In this document: piece after piece, positions 1 to 12,712 of the stretch
Numbering within the stretch: position 1 is the stretch's first letter
Layout: each line of letters begins with the position of its first letter
Translations under genes and position numbers: made by a program
Notes under the pieces: model-generated
The model's database searches: none
What the model was told of the DNA's origin: nothing
The model's input: the letters and a program-made list of their open reading frames with translations, nothing else
Source of the DNA: Eledone cirrhosa
Taxonomy: Eukaryota
DNA: 64,000 nt
Assembly (NCBI GenBank): GCA_964016885.1
Contig: OZ024743.1
Location: 233,678,001 to 233,742,000, forward strand
Reading direction: 5' to 3'

Positions 1-100
1 TGCTGAAATTCACGCCACACATAGCCAATGAGTGTCTGCACATGTACCAGTAATTACAGATCGATCCGACCACGGGCGGTCGGTTTGCGATTGAAAAGGT

Positions 101-167
101 AACTCCGCCGGCAAATCGTCATTTTTGGATTCGTTTTCTTCGAAGCACACCATTCGCCGGCGGACTT
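101..167. repeat. Intra-monomer inverted repeat (shown for unit 1; present in every unit)
   Basis: 101-116 aactccgccggcaaat pairs with 152-167 attcgccggcggactt at 14 of 16 positions. The perfect 9-bp core is TCCGCCGGC/GCCGGCGGA and the spacer is 35 bp. The A159 and T162 alleles weaken it. Confidence 0.85.
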
Positions 168-454
168 TGTTGACGTTTAACACGGTTTGGTTCCACAGCC
201 ACAACTATTGATTTTACGGAGATATCTTGCTGAAATTCACGCCACACATAGCCAATGAGTGTCTGCACATGTATCAGTAATTACAGATCGATCCGACCAC
301 GGGCGGCCGGCCCGCGATTGAAAAGGTAACTCCGCCGGCAAATCGTCATTTTTGGATTCGTTTTCTTCGAAGCACACCATTCGCCGGCGGACTTTGTTGA
401 CGTTTAACACGGTTTGGTTCCACAGCCACAACTATTGATTTTACGGAGATATCT

Positions 455-3400
455 TGCTGAAATTCACGCCACACATAGCCAATGAGTGTCTGCACATGTA
501 CCAGTAATTACAGATCGATCCGACCACGGGCGGCCGGTTTGCGATTGAAAAGGTAACTCCGCCGGCAAATCGTCATTTTTGGATTCGTTTTCTTCGAAGC
601 ACACCATTCGCCGGCGGACTTTGTTGACGTTTAACACGGTTTGGTTCCACAGCCACAACTATTGATTTTACGGAGATATCTTGCTGAAATTCACGCCACA
701 CATAGCCAATGAGTGTCTGCACATGTACCAGTAATTACAGATCGATCCGACCACGGGCGGCCGGTTTGCGATTGAAAAGGTAACTCCGCCGGCAAATCGT
801 CATTTTTGGATTCGTTTTCTTCGAAGCACACCATTCGCCGGCGGACTTTGTTGACGTTTAACACGGTTTGGTTCCACAGCCACAACTATTGATTTTACGG
901 AGATATCTTGCTGAAATTCACGCCACACATAGCCAATGAGTGTCTGCACATGTACCAGTAATTACAGATCGATCCGACCACGGGCGGTCGGTTTGCGATT
1001 GAAAAGGTAACTCCGCCGGCAAATCGTCATTTTTGGATTCGTTTTCTTCGAAGCACACCATTCGCCAGCTGACTTTGTTGACGTTTAACACGGTTTGGTT
1101 CCACAGCCACAACTATTGATTTTAAGGAGATATCTTGCTGAAATTCACGCCACACATAGCCAATGAGTGTCTGCACAGGTACCAGTAATTACAGATCGAT
1201 CCGACCACGGGCGGCCGGTTTGCGATTGAAAAGGTAACTCCGCCGGCAAATCGTCATTTTTGGATTCGTTTTCTTCGAAGCACACCATTCGCCGGCGGAC
1301 TTTGTTGACGTTTAACACGGTTTGGTTCCACAGCCACAACTATTGATTTTACGGAGATATCTTGCTGAAATTCACGCCACACATAGCCAATGAGTGTCTG
1401 CACATGTACCAGTAATTACAGATCGATCCGACCACGGGCGGTCGGTTTGCGATTGAAAAGGTAACTCCGCCGGCAAATCGTCATTTTTGGATTCGTTTTC
1501 TTCGAAGCACACCATTCGCCAGCTGACTTTGTTGACGTTTAACACGGTTTGGTTCCACAGCCACAACTATTGATTTTAAGGAGATATCTTGCTGAAATTC
1601 ACGCCACACATAGCCAATGAGTGTCTGCACAGGTACCAGTAATTACAGATCGATCCGACCACGGGCGGCCGGTTTGCGATTGAAAAGGTAACTCCGCCGG
1701 CAAATCGTCATTTTTGGATTCGTTTTCTTCGAAGCACACCATTCGCCGGCTGACTTTGTTGACGTTTAACACGGTTTGGTTCCACAGCCACAACTATTGA
1801 TTTTAAGGAGATATCTTGCTGAAATTCACGCCACACATAGCCAATGAGTGTCTGCACAGGTACCAGTAATTACAGATCGATCCGACCACGGGCGGCCGGC
1901 CCGCGATTGAAAAGGTAACTCCGCCGGCAAATCGTCATTTTTGGATTCGTTTTCTTCGAAGCACACCATTCGCCAGCTGACTTTGTTGACGTTTAACACG
2001 GTTTGGTTCCACAGCCACAACTATTGATTTTAAGGAGATATCTTGCTGAAATTCACGCCACACATAGCCAATGAGTGTCTGCACAGGTACCAGTAATTAC
2101 AGATCGATCCGACCACGGGCGGCCGGTTTGCGATTGAAAAGGTAACTCCGCCGGCAAATCGTCATTTTTGGATTCGTTTTCTTCGAAGCACACCATTCGC
2201 CGGCTGACTTTGTTGACGTTTAACACGGTTTGGTTCCACAGCCACAACTATTGATTTTAAGGAGATATCTTGCTGAAATTCACGCCACACATAGCCAATG
2301 AGTGTCTGCACAGGTACCAGTAATTACAGATCGATCCGACCACGGGCGGCCGGCCCGCGATTGAAAAGGTAACTCCGCCGGCAAATCGTCATTTTTGGAT
2401 TCGTTTTCTTCGAAGCACACCATTCGCCGGCGGACTTTGTTGACGTTTAACACGGTTTGGTTCCACAGCCACAACTATTGATTTTACGGAGATATCTTGC
2501 TGAAATTCACGCCACACATAGCCAATGAGTGTCTGCACATGTACCAGTAATTACAGATCGATCCGACCACGGGCGGTCGGTTTGCGATTGAAAAGGTAAC
2601 TCCGCCGGCAAATCGTCATTTTTGGATTCGTTTTCTTCGAAGCACACCATTCGCCGGCTGACTTTGTTGACGTTTAACACGGTTTGGTTCCACAGCCACA
2701 ACTATTGATTTTACGGAGATATCTTGCTGAAATTCACGCCACACATAGCCAATGAGTGTCTGCACATGTACCAGTAATTACAGATCGATCCGACCACGGG
2801 CGGTCGGTTTGCGATTGAAAAGGTAACTCCGCCGGCAAATCGTCATTTTTGGATTCGTTTTCTTCGAAGCACACCATTCGCCGGCGGACTTTGTTGACGT
2901 TTAACACGGTTTGGTTCCACAGCCACAACTATTGATTTTACGGAGATATCTTGCTGAAATTCACGCCACACATAGCCAATGAGTGTCTGCACATGTACCA
3001 GTAATTACAGATCGATCCGACCACGGGCGGCCGGTTTGCGATTGAAAAGGTAACTCCGCCGGCAAATCGTCATTTTTGGATTCGTTTTCTTCGAAGCACA
3101 CCATTCGCCGGCGGACTTTGTTGACGTTTAACACGGTTTGGTTCCACAGCCACAACTATTGATTTTACGGAGATATCTTGCTGAAATTCACGCCACACAT
3201 AGCCAATGAGTGTCTGCACATGTACCAGTAATTACAGATCGATCCGACCACGGGCGGCCGGTTTGCGATTGAAAAGGTAACTCCGCCGGCAAATCGTCAT
3301 TTTTGGATTCGTTTTCTTCGAAGCACACCATTCGCCGGCGGACTTTGTTGACGTTTAACACGGTTTGGTTCCACAGCCACAACTATTGATTTTACGGAGA

Positions 3401-4313
3401 TATCTTGCTGAAATTCACGCCACACATAGCCAATGAGTGTCTGCACATGTACCAGTAATTACAGATCGATCCGACCACGGGCGGTCGGTTTGCGATTGAA
3501 AAGGTAACTCCGCCGGCAAATCGTCATTTTTGGATTCGTTTTCTTCGAAGCACACCATTCGCCAGCTGACTTTGTTGACGTTTAACACGGTTTGGTTCCA
3601 CAGCCACAACTATTGATTTTAAGGAGATATCTTGCTGAAATTCACGCCACACATAGCCAATGAGTGTCTGCACAGGTACCAGTAATTACAGATCGATCCG
3701 ACCACGGGCGGCCGGTTTGCGATTGAAAAGGTAACTCCGCCGGCAAATCGTCATTTTTGGATTCGTTTTCTTCGAAGCACACCATTCGCCGGCGGACTTT
3801 GTTGACGTTTAACACGGTTTGGTTCCACAGCCACAACTATTGATTTTACGGAGATATCTTGCTGAAATTCACGCCACACATAGCCAATGAGTGTCTGCAC
3901 ATGTACCAGTAATTACAGATCGATCCGACCACGGGCGGTCGGTTTGCGATTGAAAAGGTAACTCCGCCGGCAAATCGTCATTTTTGGATTCGTTTTCTTC
4001 GAAGCACACCATTCGCCAGCTGACTTTGTTGACGTTTAACACGGTTTGGTTCCACAGCCACAACTATTGATTTTAAGGAGATATCTTGCTGAAATTCACG
4101 CCACACATAGCCAATGAGTGTCTGCACAGGTACCAGTAATTACAGATCGATCCGACCACGGGCGGCCGGTTTGCGATTGAAAAGGTAACTCCGCCGGCAA
4201 ATCGTCATTTTTGGATTCGTTTTCTTCGAAGCACACCATTCGCCGGCTGACTTTGTTGACGTTTAACACGGTTTGGTTCCACAGCCACAACTATTGATTT
4301 TAAGGAGATATCT
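455..4313. repeat. Local higher-order duplication, 11-monomer offset (2497 bp): units 3-8 match units 14-19
   Basis: Both runs show the same order of monomer types, including the A159+T162 units (5 and 7 vs 16 and 18). The same run recurs at units 80-85 and 211-216. Confidence 0.8.
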
Positions 4314-5221
4314 TGCTGAAATTCACGCCACACATAGCCAATGAGTGTCTGCACAGGTACCAGTAATTACAGATCGATCCGACCACGGGCGGCCGGCCCG
4401 CGATTGAAAAGGTAACTCCGCCGGCAAATCGTCATTTTTGGATTCGTTTTCTTCGAAGCACACCATTCGCCGGCGGACTTTGTTGACGTTTAACACGGTT
4501 TGGTTCCACAGCCACAACTATTGATTTTACGGAGATATCTTGCTGAAATTCACGCCACACATAGCCAATGAGTGTCTGCACATGTACCAGTAATTACAGA
4601 TCGATCCGACCACGGGCGGCCGGCCCGCGATTGGAAAGGTAACTCCGCCGGCAAATCGTCATTTTTGGATTCGTTTTCTTCGAAGCACACCATTCGCCGG
4701 CGGACTTTGTTGACGTTTAACACGGTTTGGTTCCACAGCCACAACTATTGATTTTACGGAGATATCTTGCTGAAATTCACGCCACACATAGCCAATGAGT
4801 GTCTGCACATGTATCAGTAATTACAGATCGATCCGACCACGGGCGGCCGGCCCGCGATTGAAAAGGTAACTCCGCCGGCAAATCGTCATTTTTGGATTCG
4901 TTTTCTTCGAAGCACACCATTCGCCGGCGGACTTTGTTGACGTTTAACACGGTTTGGTTCCACAGCCACAACTATTGATTTTACGGAGATATCTTGCTGA
5001 AATTCACGCCACACATAGCCAATGAGTGTCTGCACATGTACAAGTAATTACAGATCGATCCGACCACGGGCGGCCGGCCCGCGATTGAAAAGGTAACTCC
5101 GCCGGCAAATCGTCATTTTTGGATTCGTTTTCTTCGAAGCACACCATTCGCCGGCGGACTTTGTTGACGTTTAACACGGTTTGGTTCCACAGCCACAACT
5201 ATTGATTTTACGGAGATATCT

Positions 5222-8200
5222 TGCTGAAATTCACGCCACACATAGCCAATGAGTGTCCGCACATGTACCAGTAATTACAGATCGATCCGACCACGGGCGG
5301 TCGGTTTGCGATTGAAAAGGTAACTCCGCCGGCAAATCGTCATTTTTGGATTCGTTTTCTTCGAAGCACACCATTCGCCGGCTGACTTTGTTGACGTTTA
5401 ACACGGTTTGGTTCCACAGCCACAACTATTGATTTTACGGAGATATCTTGCTGAAATTCACGCCACACATAGCCAATGAGTGTCTGCACATGTACCAGTA
5501 ATTACAGATCGATCCGACCACGGGCGGTCGGTTTGCGATTGAAAAGGTAACTCCGCCGGCAAATCGTCATTTTTGGATTCGTTTTCTTCGAAGCACACCA
5601 TTCGCCGGCGGACTTTGTTGACGTTTAACACGGTTTGGTTCCACAGCCACAACTATTGATTTTACGGAGATATCTTGCTGAAATTCACGCCACACATAGC
5701 CAATGAGTGTCTGCACATGTACAAGTAATTACAGATCGATCCGACCACGGGCGGCCGGCCCGCGATTGAAAAGGTAACTCCGCCGGCAAATCGTCATTTT
5801 TGGATTCGTTTTCTTCGAAGCACACCATTCGCCGGCGGACTTTGTTGACGTTTAACACGGTTTGGTTCCACAGCCACAACTATTGATTTTACGGAGATAT
5901 CTTGCTGAAATTCACGCCACACATAGCCAATGAGTGTCTGCACATGTACCAGTAATTACAGATCGATCCGACCACGGGCGGCCGGCCCGCGATTGAAAAG
6001 GTAACTCCGCCGGCAAATCGTCATTTTTGGATTCGTTTTCTTCGAAGCACACCATTCGCCGGCGGACTTTGTTGACGTTTAACACGGTTTGGTTCCACAG
6101 CCACAACTATTGATTTTACGGAGATATCTTGCTGAAATTCACGCCACACATAGCCAATGAGTCTCTGCACATGTACCATTAATTACAGATCGATCCGACC
6201 ACGGGCGGTCGGTTTGCGATTGAAAAGGTAACTCCGCCGGCAAATCGTCATTTTTGGATTCGTTTTCTTCGAAGCACACCATTCGCCGGCTGACTTTGTT
6301 GACGTTTAACACGGTTTGGTTCCACAGCCACAACTATTGATTTTAAGGAGATATCTTGCTGAAATTCACGCCACACATAGCCAATGAGTGTCTGCACAGG
6401 TACCAGTAATTACAGATCGATCCGACCACGGGCGGCCGGCCCGCGATTGAAAAGGTAACTCCGCCGGCAAATCGTCATTTTTGGATTCGTTTTCTTCGAA
6501 GCACACCATTCGCCGGCGGACTTTGTTGACGTTTAACACGGTTTGGTTCCACAGCCACAACTATTGATTTTACGGAGATATCTTCCTGAAATTCACGCCA
6601 CACATAGCCAATGAGTGTCTGCACATGTACCAGTAATTACAGATCGATCCGACCACGGGCGGCCGGCCCGCGATTGAAAAGGTAACTCCGCCGGCAAATC
6701 GTCATTTTTGGATTCGTTTTCTTCGAAGCACACCATTCGCCGGCGGACTTTGTTGACGTTTAACACGGTTTGGTTCCACAGCCACAACTATTGATTTTAC
6801 GGAGATATCTTGCTGAAATTCACGCCACACATAGCCAATGAGTGTCTGCACATGTACCAGTAATTACAGATCGATCCGACCACGGGCGGTCGGTTTGCGA
6901 TTGAAAAGGTAACTCCGCCGGCAAATCGTCATTTTTGGATTCGTTTTCTTCGAAGCACACCATTCGCCGGCTGACTTTGTTGACGTTTAACACGGTTTGG
7001 TTCCACAGCCACAACTATTGATTTTAAGGAGATATCTTGCTGAAATTCACGCCACACATAGCCAATGAGTGTCTGCACAGGTACCAGTAATTACAGATCG
7101 ATCCGACCACGGGCGGCCGGTTTGCGATTGAAAAGGTAACTCCGCCGGCAAATCGTCATTTTTGGATTCGTTTTCTTCGAAGCACACCATTCGCCGGCTG
7201 ACTTTGTTGACGTTTAACACGGTTTGGTTCCACAGCCACAACTATTGATTTTAAGGAGATATCTTGCTGAAATTCACGCCACACATAGCCAATGAGTGTC
7301 TGCACAGGTACCAGTAATTACAGATCGATCCGACCACGGGCGGCCGGCCCGCGATTGAAAAGGTAACTCCGCCGGCAAATCGTCATTTTTGGATTCGTTT
7401 TCTTCGAAGCACACCATTCGCCGGCGGACTTTGTTGACGTTTAACACGGTTTGGTTCCACAGCCACAACTATTGATTTTACGGAGATATCTTGCTGAAAT
7501 TCACGCCACACATAGCCAATGAGTCTCTGCACATGTACCATTAATTACAGATCGATCCGACCACGGGCGGTCGGTTTGCGATTGAAAAGGTAACTCCGCC
7601 GGCAAATCGTCATTTTTGGATTCGTTTTCTTCGAAGCACACCATTCGCCGGCGGACTTTGTTGACGTTTAACACGGTTTGGTTCCACAGCCACAACTATT
7701 GATTTTACGGAGATATCTTGCTGAAATTCACGCCACACATAGCCAATGAGTGTCTGCACATGTACAAGTAATTACAGATCGATCCGACCACGGGCGGCCG
7801 GCCCGCGATTGAAAAGGTAACTCCGCCGGCAAATCGTCATTTTTGGATTCGTTTTCTTCGAAGCACACCATTCGCCGGCGGACTTTGTTGACGTTTAACA
7901 CGGTTTGGTTCCACAGCCACAACTATTGATTTTACGGAGATATCTTGCTGAAATTCACGCCACACATAGCCAATGAGTGTCTGCACATGTACCAGTAATT
8001 ACAGATCGATCCGACCACGGGCGGCCGGCCCGCGATTGAAAAGGTAACTCCGCCGGCAAATCGTCATTTTTGGATTCGTTTTCTTCGAAGCACACCATTC
8101 GCCGGCGGACTTTGTTGACGTTTAACACGGTTTGGTTCCACAGCCACAACTATTGATTTTACGGAGATATCTTGCTGAAATTCACGCCACACATAGCCAA

Positions 8201-10669
8201 TGAGTGTCCGCACATGTACCAGTAATTACAGATCGATCCGACCACGGGCGGTCGGTTTGCGATTGAAAAGGTAACTCCGCCGGCAAATCGTCATTTTTGG
8301 ATTCGTTTTCTTCGAAGCACACCATTCGCCGGCTGACTTTGTTGACGTTTAACACGGTTTGGTTCCACAGCCACAACTATTGATTTTACGGAGATATCTT
8401 GCTGAAATTCACGCCACACATAGCCAATGAGTGTCTGCACATGTACCAGTAATTACAGATCGATCCGACCACGGGCGGTCGGTTTGCGATTGAAAAGGTA
8501 ACTCCGCCGGCAAATCGTCATTTTTGGATTCGTTTTCTTCGAAGCACACCATTCGCCGGCGGACTTTGTTGACGTTTAACACGGTTTGGTTCCACAGCCA
8601 CAACTATTGATTTTACGGAGATATCTTGCTGAAATTCACGCCACACATAGCCAATGAGTGTCTGCACATGTACAAGTAATTACAGATCGATCCGACCACG
8701 GGCGGCCGGCCCGCGATTGAAAAGGTAACTCCGCCGGCAAATCGTCATTTTTGGATTCGTTTTCTTCGAAGCACACCATTCGCCGGCGGACTTTGTTGAC
8801 GTTTAACACGGTTTGGTTCCACAGCCACAACTATTGATTTTACGGAGATATCTTGCTGAAATTCACGCCACACATAGCCAATGAGTGTCTGCACATGTAC
8901 CAGTAATTACAGATCGATCCGACCACGGGCGGCCGGCCCGCGATTGAAAAGGTAACTCCGCCGGCAAATCGTCATTTTTGGATTCGTTTTCTTCGAAGCA
9001 CACCATTCGCCGGCGGACTTTGTTGACGTTTAACACGGTTTGGTTCCACAGCCACAACTATTGATTTTACGGAGATATCTTGCTGAAATTCACGCCACAC
9101 ATAGCCAATGAGTCTCTGCACATGTACCATTAATTACAGATCGATCCGACCACGGGCGGTCGGTTTGCGATTGAAAAGGTAACTCCGCCGGCAAATCGTC
9201 ATTTTTGGATTCGTTTTCTTCGAAGCACACCATTCGCCGGCTGACTTTGTTGACGTTTAACACGGTTTGGTTCCACAGCCACAACTATTGATTTTAAGGA
9301 GATATCTTGCTGAAATTCACGCCACACATAGCCAATGAGTGTCTGCACAGGTACCAGTAATTACAGATCGATCCGACCACGGGCGGCCGGCCCGCGATTG
9401 AAAAGGTAACTCCGCCGGCAAATCGTCATTTTTGGATTCGTTTTCTTCGAAGCACACCATTCGCCGGCGGACTTTGTTGACGTTTAACACGGTTTGGTTC
9501 CACAGCCACAACTATTGATTTTACGGAGATATCTTCCTGAAATTCACGCCACACATAGCCAATGAGTGTCTGCACATGTACCAGTAATTACAGATCGATC
9601 CGACCACGGGCGGCCGGCCCGCGATTGAAAAGGTAACTCCGCCGGCAAATCGTCATTTTTGGATTCGTTTTCTTCGAAGCACACCATTCGCCGGCGGACT
9701 TTGTTGACGTTTAACACGGTTTGGTTCCACAGCCACAACTATTGATTTTACGGAGATATCTTGCTGAAATTCACGCCACACATAGCCAATGAGTGTCTGC
9801 ACATGTACCAGTAATTACAGATCGATCCGACCACGGGCGGTCGGTTTGCGATTGAAAAGGTAACTCCGCCGGCAAATCGTCATTTTTGGATTCGTTTTCT
9901 TCGAAGCACACCATTCGCCGGCTGACTTTGTTGACGTTTAACACGGTTTGGTTCCACAGCCACAACTATTGATTTTAAGGAGATATCTTGCTGAAATTCA
10001 CGCCACACATAGCCAATGAGTGTCTGCACAGGTACCAGTAATTACAGATCGATCCGACCACGGGCGGCCGGTTTGCGATTGAAAAGGTAACTCCGCCGGC
10101 AAATCGTCATTTTTGGATTCGTTTTCTTCGAAGCACACCATTCGCCGGCTGACTTTGTTGACGTTTAACACGGTTTGGTTCCACAGCCACAACTATTGAT
10201 TTTAAGGAGATATCTTGCTGAAATTCACGCCACACATAGCCAATGAGTGTCTGCACAGGTACCAGTAATTACAGATCGATCCGACCACGGGCGGCCGGCC
10301 CGCGATTGAAAAGGTAACTCCGCCGGCAAATCGTCATTTTTGGATTCGTTTTCTTCGAAGCACACCATTCGCCGGCGGACTTTGTTGACGTTTAACACGG
10401 TTTGGTTCCACAGCCACAACTATTGATTTTACGGAGATATCTTGCTGAAATTCACGCCACACATAGCCAATGAGTCTCTGCACATGTACCATTAATTACA
10501 GATCGATCCGACCACGGGCGGTCGGTTTGCGATTGAAAAGGTAACTCCGCCGGCAAATCGTCATTTTTGGATTCGTTTTCTTCGAAGCACACCATTCGCC
10601 GGCTGACTTTGTTGACGTTTAACACGGTTTGGTTCCACAGCCACAACTATTGATTTTACGGAGATATCT
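5222..10669. repeat. Higher-order duplication, 13-monomer offset (2951 bp): units 24-34 match units 37-47
   Basis: Same order of types, including C37 (units 24/37), C34+T50 (28/41 and 34/47) and the rare C2 allele (30/43). Units 34 and 47 differ at position 162. Confidence 0.8.
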
Positions 10670-12712
10670 TGCTGAAATTCACGCCACACATAGCCAATGA
10701 GTGTCCGCACATGTACCAGTAATTACAGATCGATCCGACCACGGGCGGTCGGTTTGCGATTGAAAAGGTAACTCCGCCGGCAAATCGTCATTTTTGGATT
10801 CGTTTTCTTCGAAGCACACCATTCGCCGGCTGACTTTGTTGACGTTTAACACGGTTTGGTTCCACAGCCACAACTATTGATTTTACGGAGATATCTTGCT
10901 GAAATTCACGCCACACATAGCCAATGAGTGTCTGCACATGTACCAGTAATTACAGATCGATCCGACCACGGGCGGTCGGTTTGCGATTGAAAAGGTAACT
11001 CCGCCGGCAAATCGTCATTTTTGGATTCGTTTTCTTCGAAGCACACCATTCGCCGGCGGACTTTGTTGACGTTTAACACGGTTTGGTTCCACAGCCACAA
11101 CTATTGATTTTACGGAGATATCTTGCTGAAATTCACGCCACACATAGCCAATGAGTGTCTGCACATGTATCAGTAATTACAGATCGATCCGACCACGGGC
11201 GGCCGGCCCGCGATTGAAAAGGTAACTCCGCCGGCAAATCGTCATTTTTGGATTCGTTTTCTTCGAAGCACACCATTCGCCGGCGGACTTTGTTGACGTT
11301 TAACACGGTTTGGTTCCACAGCCACAACTATTGATTTTACGGAGATATCTTGCTGAAATTCACGCCACACATAGCCAATGAGTGTCTGCACATGTACAAG
11401 TAATTACAGATCGATCCGACCACGGGCGGCCGGCCCGCGATTGAAAAGGTAACTCCGCCGGCAAATCGTCATTTTTGGATTCGTTTTCTTCGAAGCACAC
11501 CATTCGCCGGCGGACTTTGTTGACGTTTAACACGGTTTGGTTCCACAGCCACAACTATTGATTTTACGGAGATATCTTGCTGAAATTCACGCCACACATA
11601 GCCAATGAGTGTCTGCACATGTACCAGTAATTACAGATCGATCCGACCACGGGCGGCCGGCCCGCGATTGAAAAGGTAACTCCGCCGGCAAATCGTCATT
11701 TTTGGATTCGTTTTCTTCGAAGCACACCATTCGCCGGCGGACTTTGTTGACGTTTAACACGGTTTGGTTCCACAGCCACAACTATTGATTTTACGGAGAT
11801 ATCTTGCTGAAATTCACGCCACACATAGCCAATGAGTGTCCGCACATGTACCAGTAATTACAGATCGATCCGACCACGGGCGGTCGGTTTGCGATTGAAA
11901 AGGTAACTCCGCCGGCAAATCGTCATTTTTGGATTCGTTTTCTTCGAAGCACACCATTCGCCGGCTGACTTTGTTGACGTTTAACACGGTTTGGTTCCAC
12001 AGCCACAACTATTGATTTTAAGGAGATATCTTGCTGAAATTCACGCCACACATAGCCAATGAGTGTCTGCACATGTATCAGTAATTACAGATCGATCCGA
12101 CCACGGGCGGCCGGCCCGCGATTGAAAAGGTAACTCCGCCGGCAAATCGTCATTTTTGGATTCGTTTTCTTCGAAGCACACCATTCGCCGGCGGACTTTG
12201 TTGACGTTTAACACGGTTTGGTTCCACAGCCACAACTATTGATTTTACGGAGATATCTTGCTGAAATTCACGCCACACATAGCCAATGAGTGTCTGCACA
12301 TGTACAAGTAATTACAGATCGATCCGACCACGGGCGGCCGGCCCGCGATTGAAAAGGTAACTCCGCCGGCAAATCGTCATTTTTGGATTCGTTTTCTTCG
12401 AAGCACACCATTCGCCGGCGGACTTTGTTGACGTTTAACACGGTTTGGTTCCACAGCCACAACTATTGATTTTACGGAGATATCTTGCTGAAATTCACGC
12501 CACACATAGCCAATGAGTGTCTGCACATGTACCAGTAATTACAGATCGATCCGACCACGGGCGGCCGGCCCGCGATTGAAAAGGTAACTCCGCCGGCAAA
12601 TCGTCATTTTTGGATTCGTTTTCTTCGAAGCACACCATTCGCCGGCGGACTTTGTTGACGTTTAACACGGTTTGGTTCCACAGCCACAACTATTGATTTT
12701 ACGGAGATATCT

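Noticed and set aside
129-145. CENP-B-box-like ATTCGTTTTCTTCGAAG
   Set aside because: It matches only 6 of the 9 essential bases of NTTCGNNNNANNCGGGN.
1-227. 5S rRNA or tRNA tandem gene array
   Set aside because: I see no recognisable 5S sequence, cloverleaf or GTTCRA B-box. This was judged by eye only, with no covariance search.
1-681. Never-ending ORF across concatenated monomers (rolling-circle or Neo-like)
   Set aside because: 227 is not a multiple of 3, stops interrupt both strands, and the longest ORF in the track is 93 aa.
1120-1188. A217 allele gives TTTTAAGGAGATAT, resembling a Shine-Dalgarno or T7 gene 10 RBS, before a TTG
   Set aside because: The downstream frame is only 17 codons, the allele is in a minority of units, and there is no other prokaryotic or vector context.
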